Positions 58,556 through 64,000 of a stretch of DNA of 64,000 bases are shown here, piece by piece. The translations under genes and the position numbers were made by a program. The DNA lies in contig OX597815.1 of NCBI GenBank assembly GCA_951406725.2, positions 116,932,001 to 116,996,000 on the forward strand. Direction: 5' to 3'. The stretch comes from Octopus vulgaris (taxonomy: Eukaryota). How positions within the stretch are numbered: the first letter of the stretch is position 1; each line of letters begins with the position of its first letter. The notes under the pieces were generated by a model. That model saw only the letters and a program-made list of their open reading frames with translations, searched no databases and had not been told where the DNA came from.

Positions 58556-61500
58556 GTAGCAAGAAGAAAACTAACTTAATATAGCATTAAGTTAGAAACA
58601 GCTAAATTATAGGCATGTAAAGAATCTCAAAGACAACTTTGATAATAAAGCATCAAATGGCAAAATGCTTGTTATTAAGTCACCCACAGTAAGGAGGCAA
58701 AAATATAAGTGTAAGTATACATAAGGCATCTTCATATAAAGATTCTTTTTCAACTGAATTGTGAAATATATCAAATAGAGTAATATGAGCAGGAATATAC
58801 AAATGAAAACTATTAGAGTGGCTGAACTTTTATGAGTCCCAACAAAAGTCTAAAATTTTAAGCAAATATGAAATTGACTCTAGACATAACTATTATTTTT
58901 TAAGTAAAAAGACTAAGACCTCTTTCTGAATGATTGATGCTTTCCAAAAATACTTTGTCGTTCTAGCTCAAAAAGATAAAGATAAACTATTAAAAAGGTG
59001 TAAGAAGTTTGAATCTACATGGTAATGAATCTTGGGCACAGAAGAAGCTGAACAAAAATGAGTTAGAAACAATAGGTTGAATGCCTAACATTAATCTGTA
59101 TGAAAAGCAGTGCACAAATGAGCTAAGAGAACAACTTACCATTAATGGTGTTAGCTGAGATATACAGGTAAGATATGTAGTTGGTATGGGCTTGAGATGA
59201 CAATGGAAGATGAATGTTAAGTTAAAAGGCACCATATGCTGAATGTGGAAGCAGTCTGTGGCAGAAGACCAAGGAAGATATTGGAAGTGATGAGGTCAAA
59301 TTTCAAGGTCTTGGGCTTTGCAGATGAAATGGCACAAGATTGAGACATGTGGCAATTTGCTGTTCTGCAGAGCTATCCAGCCCATGTCATCATTGAAAAG
59401 CAGACACTAAAATGATGTGAAGATACTTCCCTTATAGCAGTATACATAAGAGTACTATATCTGTAATTCCATTTTCTCCATATTTTTTATTACTTGGTGT
59501 TTAGGAAAAAGAAAGAAATGTGATACTATATGTAATACATATCTTCAAAAGAGATGTAGCAACATTCTTGATAGACTTATATGTTAAGTAAGTCAGAGTA
59601 TCACGTAATCCATATTAATCAAATTTTTCTCAAGCCAAAAATTTATTGCATATTAATGACTTTACCAAAATTGCATCAAGCAAACTTAGCTTTCCCTTTA
59701 AAGTAGAGAAACACTCAGCTTTTGCCAGCTTTTGAATGTCATCCAAAGAAAAACCATACCAAAGCTTTTGTGCTTTTACTGAAAATGTCAAATGTCCTTT
59801 GATAAGTATACCGGCACCAAAATCACAAATCAGAATGAATAAACTGGTATTTAAAAGGCAAAATAAACTTGCTTCTCATTAGGTTTATGTTTAATCATAA
59901 GCATTTAAATTTCCCTACTGAAAATCTTCTGTCAGCTAAGTCAACACCACACAGTTGGTGATGTATAAAATTTACACCTAGTCTTTCAGTTAACATTAGA
60001 AGGCCTTTTATTTATTCTTTTCATCTAAATAAATGGGTATTCATAGTAGAGTTGAAATTAAATTTCAGTGCAATCACAATTTAAACTCTACACTGATGTG
60101 AAAATTATAAATCAATTTCAAACTGTCTCATAATAGATAGTATGCTTGAAATATATTACAATATTTTGATGAGCAAAGAACAGCAAGTAAATAAAAACAC
60201 TTTAGCATGCCCCTTTACAGTGCAAGTTCAAATCCTAGTAGAGTGTGCCTTACCTTTTTAAAATAAATACCAGCAATGTGTTAGAATCAATTTCCTCAAC
60301 TTTGCTCCCATCCCAGCTCTACCAAGTCCAAACAATCAATCTTAGAATAATACAAAATGTTTACTGATAAATTACACTTTTGTTTGTTCTTAACTGATAT
60401 ATCTAGTTGAAAGAAACATATATTGTTCATATTCTTAATAACTGTTTTATCATATTTTTAAATCATAGTTCATATATTTAATGAAGATATAGATGAGCAT
60501 TGAAATTATTGTTACCGATGTTGAGAAGTCCATCCTATGACTCAGCAGTAGTTAACTAAACAGAGAAACACACACAAGTTCGTCCCACCCAACTGACTTG
60601 AAGCTACAATGTATATTTTGTTATTGTAGATACACAAGTAATTTTTTAAAAATTGAAGTTTCTTATCCTGTCAAAAAAATTAGGTTGTCTAGGTAAGCAT
60701 AACAGTTTCACATTAGAATAATTAAAGACTTGTTTTCATTCGTTGTCAATGATGATGATGATCATCATCATAAATATGTAATAAATAAAATGAGAGAGCC
60801 TGTATGAAATCAATCTGTGACTTCTAGTTACCTCAGACCAAACTACATATCTTTCATTAACACAATTCAAATAAATTAGTTGTGGCCAGTGCCAAGTTGT
60901 GGCACGTAAAAAGCACCATTCATGCATTGGGCCTAATGGGGACAGTGACATCAAGCCAAGTGAGGTCACGATTGTGCCTAATGCCAGTGCTGTCTGACTG
61001 GCACTCATGCCGATGGCACATAAAAACCACCATTCAAGCGTTGGGATTCATGGAGGCAGTGACAGGTGACCAAGACCCTTGATGATACACCGTGCTTGCG
61101 TTGACCTGTCAATCGAAGTGAGACTGTAGTTGTGGCTGATGCCAGTATCAGGTCAATGGCACCCATGCCAGTGACACATAAAAAGCACCCACTACACTCT
61201 CAGATTGGTTGGCATTAGGAAGGGCATCCAGCCATAGAAATGTTACCAAATCAGATTGAAACCTGGTGCAGCCCCACCAACTTAACAGTTTCCAGTGAAA
61301 TCGTTCAACCCATGCCAGCATGGAAAGCAGACATTAAATGATGATGATGAAATTGAAATATATTTCCAATATATAATCAGGTTTCAAATACAGAGTGAAA
61401 TGAGGATTAATATAGATAATAAAGCGGACGTTAAATGATGATGATGATGAGATTGTCCAAATGAAAATGTGCAGGTTCAACTATAAATATTTTCTAACTT

Positions 61501-63791
61501 GATTTGATTTGGTTTAAATTAAGGTACTAACTCTACTTAGATTATTATAAAGTAGCCTTTGTAAGTACAAAGCAGATAAGGTGCTATTACCTCTGCTGAC
61601 AACAAAGGCTTTCTCTCTCCAAGTGAAGGGCAGGTTATATGATGTCGTGTATGAAATATGATATTGCATGATAGCAAAACAGTTTTTTGAATGCAGAGGA
61701 CATGTGAGGGCTAGAAAGAAATAGGTGAGCAGGCTTCACTAGAAGTGTAATGTTGATATGCACAAATGGCAGTGCAAATGAGCAGAGAAAAACTGGACAT
61801 AAGAGGAATTGGCTGTAATGTGCAAAAAGGTAATTGCACTAGCTGGCATAGACATATGACAAATATAGAGGTTGAGAGATGGACAGAGAAGTGTCAAGTG
61901 ACCCATGTGGAAGGACATGCAGAATAGGATAACTGAATAAGAAAAAAATGAAGTGGTAAATGCAGATCTCAGTAAAGTGAACCTCATAAAGAAGACAACA
62001 AAAGACTGCAATAAGTGGCAGGAAGCTGTGCTAGAGAAGACCCATCCAATTCATACATGCATGTCAGAGCAGATGTAAAATGAGATTATAGAGTGCTCTA
62101 TCAAATTTAAATATATTAACAGTTACATGGAAATTAAAGAAACTAAATCTTAATGCTTAAAGCTGGAAACTGGCAAGTAGATTGCACCATCCAGTAACTC
62201 AAAATATAACACACATACATATATATAAATATGAAATTTAATATTTATAAAATACATATTTAAAAGTAATCATACTTGAATTTCTCGATTTTCTTCTTTC
62301 TTTATACAATCCATTAGAGGCCGGATTACAGGGTTTAACTTCTCAGGCAGGATGTTTTGCATAATAGCTGCCATTGCAAGACTGCACTGAACACTGAAAA
62401 AATATTATGCACATTCACACTTAGTTATATTAATTCAGACATCTTAAACTATTGTTTTTTTTCAACAGATAATCAATCAGCTCAAAAGTGACACTGTTTT
62501 CCTAATTTTCCATAGAATTTTTTTGTCTTTAAGGAATATAATAGCACTTGGATTTTTTGCAACCATGATGTTTGTTCAAGTAAAATTTCAAAGACATCCA
62601 TTCCTTTTTTTTTTTTCATCCTTATGGTAAATTGCACAGCATGAACATTTAATTTAGTTGATTCTAATTAGAATATCTAATTTAGTATTTTTAATATTTC
62701 CTTCAAACAATCTTCAAATTTATATTGGTATCAAGAACTTCTAACAATTTATTAATGCAATGAGTTAAACCAAAATAATGATTTTTTTTTGTTAACTACA
62801 AAAATGATATGCTTCATTTACATAATTCTAGGCCCAATGTTTGAAGATCATGCTTCACCACCTTGTCCCATGTCTTCCTGGGTCTCCCACTTCCACAGCT
62901 TCCCTCCTCTATTAGAGATTGGCAATTCTTCACATAGCTGTCCACATCCATACACATTACATGACCATACCAATGCAGTCGTCTCTCTTGCACACCATGT
63001 TTGACAGTGTTAAAGATGCATGAAAAAATTTCTATTCTTCATAATTTCAAGTTATCATAGAATACAGATGCATTTGACAGTGCAACCAAAATTTCTACAG
63101 CTATAAAATACATCCATCACACACAGAACAATGCACTATTTCAACAGCTTGTATTTAACTAATTGAATAATAAATAAATAATAATAATCTATATAACTGA
63201 TGATTGCTTCAGTCGCCTGTAGTACTGAGTTCAAATTTTTCAATGAACACAGCTAGAACAGTTACAAACCACACCATAATGACTTGCTCAACATTCACTA
63301 CATGAAGATGAGAGCCTTCAAAAGTGCATCTACAAGTCAGTAGGTTATCAGGTTCACTATTACCATAGCAACTGGGTTTTTTTTCCTGTATTTCTTTCAT
63401 AAAACAACTCTTCCTGGTATTCATTCCATGTAAATATTTACCTACCTAATCTTCAAAAATTTAAAGAATATATTTACAAAATCAAATAAAATAATCTCTC
63501 AGTGTCTGTCTACTTTTTCTTGAATAAATTTCAATTTATTCTTCAGTCTAAAGACTTATCAAAATATTCAATGAATATTTAAATAATTCAAAGTAATTTA
63601 ATGAAAAGGTAGAAAGACTTTCTTACCGAACACTGTAAGTTTGCTGTTCTTGTGTTGTTTGTGAAATACATATTTGTAACTGTGAACGTCTCTCCTCAAA
63701 TGTTTGCAATGACTTAGGTTTCAGGTTGGTTTTCAAATTATCAAAGGCTGTTGATGTTAAAGCATATGCCTGCTCAAATGTCAGTATTACA
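30929..63791 (-). CDS. BTAF1: TATA-binding protein-associated factor 172 (BTAF1/Mot1), SNF2-family ATPase; 3' part, 23 exons in the window
   Basis: Spliced reading is continuous and has [27 protein letters not shown] (Walker A), ILDEGH (Walker B), [44 protein letters not shown] and the Mot1-type end [16 protein letters not shown]. Confidence 0.97.
31460..31645 (-). mobile_element. SINE family A
   Basis: Reverse-complement similarity to family A. Confidence 0.65.
31802..31893 (-). CDS. BTAF1: BTAF1 exon: helicase motif VI
   Basis: ttgcag/gttagt; [30 protein letters not shown]. Confidence 0.97.
32514..32810. repeat. Degenerate (CAC/CAT)n low-complexity tract
   Basis: Directly visible; source of spurious His/Thr-rich ORFs. 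Confidence 0.75.
33065..33433 (+). mobile_element. RTE 3' UTR/tail copy with internal tandem units
   Basis: Repeated gccagtggcacataaaaagcacc units then the family tail. Confidence 0.75.
33850..33979 (-). CDS. BTAF1: BTAF1 exon: helicase motif V
   Basis: ttttag/gtaaag; [43 protein letters not shown]. Confidence 0.97.
34762..34839 (-). CDS. BTAF1: BTAF1 exon
   Basis: tttaag/gtaagt; [25 protein letters not shown]. Confidence 0.95.
34991..35294. mobile_element. MITE with ~22-bp TIRs and TA flanks
   Basis: TTCCCTTCAAACTTTGCTTTTG / CAAAAGCAAAGTTTGAAGGAAA. Confidence 0.65.
36158..36298 (-). CDS. BTAF1: BTAF1 exon
   Basis: ttgtag/gtaagt; QLLYDCGIG...[23 protein letters not shown]. Confidence 0.96.
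36505..36945. mobile_element. Head-to-head pair of family A SINEs
   Basis: - copy ~36505-36688 and + copy ~36692-36945. Confidence 0.72.
37008..37156 (-). CDS. BTAF1: BTAF1 exon
   Basis: tttcag/gtatgt; [16 protein letters not shown]...[12 protein letters not shown]. Confidence 0.96.
37438..37657. mobile_element. piggyBac-type MITE
   Basis: TTAA-CCCTTTAGCATT ... AATGCTAAAGGG-TTAA; related copy at 7687-7888. Confidence 0.8.
38198..38353 (-). CDS. BTAF1: BTAF1 exon
   Basis: atgcag/gtaaag; VKLYEDF...THIFQ. Confidence 0.93.
38457..38587 (-). CDS. BTAF1: BTAF1 exon
   Basis: ttacag/gttaag; [43 protein letters not shown]. Confidence 0.97.
38684..39645 (+). mobile_element. Degenerate mariner transposon (mellifera-like left TIR), right TIR not found
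   Basis: TA+TTGGGTTGGCAACTAAGT; IVTGDEKW (~39128), [16 protein letters not shown] (~39467); abuts an RTE LINE. Confidence 0.88.
39647..40848 (+). mobile_element. RTE-clade LINE, 5'-truncated, with 3' UTR
   Basis: [38 protein letters not shown] motifs, then internally repeated UTR ending aacccatgctagcatggaaagtggacgttaaatgatgat. Confidence 0.9.
41054..41261 (-). CDS. BTAF1: BTAF1 exon: helicase motif III
   Basis: cttcag/gtatat; LSKAVKQL...[26 protein letters not shown]...KEQEA. Confidence 0.97.
41330..41740 (+). mobile_element. SINE family B
   Basis: Full-length match to family B. Confidence 0.78.
41750..42200 (+). mobile_element. Decayed RTE LINE fragment
   Basis: [17 protein letters not shown] and GRPRKT remnants. 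Confidence 0.75.
43149..43430 (-). mobile_element. RTE 3' UTR/tail copy
   Basis: (CAT)n then reverse complement of the family tail. Confidence 0.75.
43755..44105 (+). mobile_element. SINE family B
   Basis: Match to family B with deletions. Confidence 0.7.
44480..44757 (+). mobile_element. RTE 3' UTR/tail copy
   Basis: taaaagcacc units, ttaggaagggcatccagctgtagaaacc, (GAT)n. Confidence 0.7.
44831..44894 (-). CDS. BTAF1: BTAF1 exon: Walker B (DEGH)
   Basis: ttccag/gtaaga; [21 protein letters not shown]. Confidence 0.96.
45887..45964 (-). CDS. BTAF1: BTAF1 exon
   Basis: tttcag/gtaaga; [25 protein letters not shown]. Confidence 0.95.
46146..46297 (-). CDS. BTAF1: BTAF1 exon: helicase motif Ia
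   Basis: ccatag/gtaatg; [22 protein letters not shown]...[14 protein letters not shown]. Confidence 0.96.
46704..46841 (-). CDS. BTAF1: BTAF1 exon: Walker A motif
   Basis: ttctag/gtgggt; [46 protein letters not shown]. Confidence 0.97.
47885..48225 (+). mobile_element. RTE 3' UTR/tail copy nested in the Merlin-like element
   Basis: Family UTR units and (GAT)n tail. Confidence 0.75.
48225..48513. repeat. Palindromic (fold-back) repeat element
   Basis: Arms tttcactgcaacatttaaat / atttaaatgttgcagtgaaa; related partial copy at ~20843-21008. Confidence 0.6.
49858..50045 (+). mobile_element. SINE family A
   Basis: Similarity to family A. Confidence 0.65.
50171..50323 (-). CDS. BTAF1: BTAF1 exon
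   Basis: tttcag/gtaaat; AGLSDNPKM...[10 protein letters not shown]...AELRKYQQ. Confidence 0.95.
50423..50571 (-). CDS. BTAF1: BTAF1 exon
   Basis: [49 protein letters not shown]; gtaact donor. Confidence 0.95.
50572..53514 (-). other. U12-type (minor spliceosome) GT-AG intron of BTAF1
   Basis: 5' splice site GTATCCTTT; branch site TTTCTTAAC immediately before TAGAAG acceptor; no polypyrimidine tract between branch site and AG. Confidence 0.9.
51581..51712. mobile_element. Possible short hAT-type MITE inside an RTE tail
   Basis: CAGGAATGAGCAAC / TTTGCCCATGACTG imperfect TIRs; TSD poorly preserved. Confidence 0.4.
53515..53716 (-). CDS. BTAF1: BTAF1 exon (HEAT repeats), followed by U12-type donor
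   Basis: ttttag/gtatcctt; VLELLPDL...[11 protein letters not shown]...[22 protein letters not shown]. Confidence 0.93.
54719..54822 (-). CDS. BTAF1: BTAF1 exon
   Basis: ttctag/gtaaga; ...[25 protein letters not shown]. Confidence 0.9.
55455..55665 (-). mobile_element. SINE family A
   Basis: Reverse-complement similarity to family A. Confidence 0.68.
55829..55970 (-). CDS. BTAF1: BTAF1 exon
   Basis: ttacag/gtatat; [33 protein letters not shown]... Confidence 0.9.
56703..56795 (-). CDS. BTAF1: BTAF1 exon (variable linker)
   Basis: ttctag/gtattt; 93 nt phase 0-0, open; [31 protein letters not shown]. Confidence 0.75.
57696..57763 (-). CDS. BTAF1: BTAF1 exon
   Basis: ttatag/gtaaga; phase 1-0; [23 protein letters not shown]. 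Confidence 0.85.
57938..58088 (-). CDS. BTAF1: BTAF1 exon
   Basis: ttccag/gtaaat; [36 protein letters not shown]... Confidence 0.93.
58990..59420 (+). mobile_element. Highly decayed RTE LINE fragment
   Basis: LHGNESW, WYG and RPRK-like remnants, family tail; approximate ends. Confidence 0.55.
60878..61350 (+). mobile_element. RTE 3' UTR/tail copy
   Basis: Family UTR units and (GAT)n tail. Confidence 0.7.
61580..62090 (+). mobile_element. Highly decayed RTE LINE fragment
   Basis: [20 protein letters not shown] remnant collinear with 39830-40280; approximate ends. Confidence 0.6.
62276..62393 (-). CDS. BTAF1: BTAF1 exon
   Basis: tttcag/gtatga; [39 protein letters not shown]. Confidence 0.95.
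63627..63791 (-). CDS. BTAF1: BTAF1 exon (1st in window)
   Basis: ctgcag/gtaaga; [20 protein letters not shown]...QEQQTYSVR. Confidence 0.85.
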
Positions 63792-64000
63792 CTGCAGATA
63801 AAAGAATTTCACGTTAATTTCTCACAGAATAAAAGTATTTGATAATATCTAATAATAATTTAAGTATTAAGAGACTAGAAGCAAAAGTTGGGGAACCACA
63901 AAGGTATATAAAACAATCACATGTCCCTCGAGGGTATGCCCTGACACAATATTAGCACCATCTTTTGTCTCTTCCAACTAGGATAGCCATGTATGTCCTC

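Overview
AT-rich, intron-rich animal genomic DNA. The repeat landscape (tRNA-type SINEs, RTE LINE tails ending in (GAT)n, long (TA)n tracts) looks like an octopus/cephalopod genome; this is pattern recognition, not a database result. Two protein-coding genes converge tail to tail. On +, the last five coding exons of a hemicentin-1-like gene (three cbEGF domains, a linker and the fibulin-type C-terminal domain; stop at 22545). On -, 23 exons of BTAF1/Mot1 (HEAT-repeat region plus the complete SNF2 ATPase; stop at 30929; 5' part beyond the window end). All exons were spliced by hand and keep frame. Introns and the 8.4 kb intergenic gap hold decayed mobile DNA: two mariners, a DUF4817 Tc1/mariner-family element, a Buster/GTF2IRD2-like hAT, a Merlin-like fold-back element, MITEs, RTE LINEs and three SINE families. 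Most ORF-track entries are spurious. I found no convincing new multi-gene system. The best second-look items are a U12-type minor intron in BTAF1, a PHD-finger-like module inside an RTE reverse transcriptase ORF, the Merlin-like element with a SINE fragment mirrored in both arms, and three small rearrangement scars (two templated copies and a micro-inversion).
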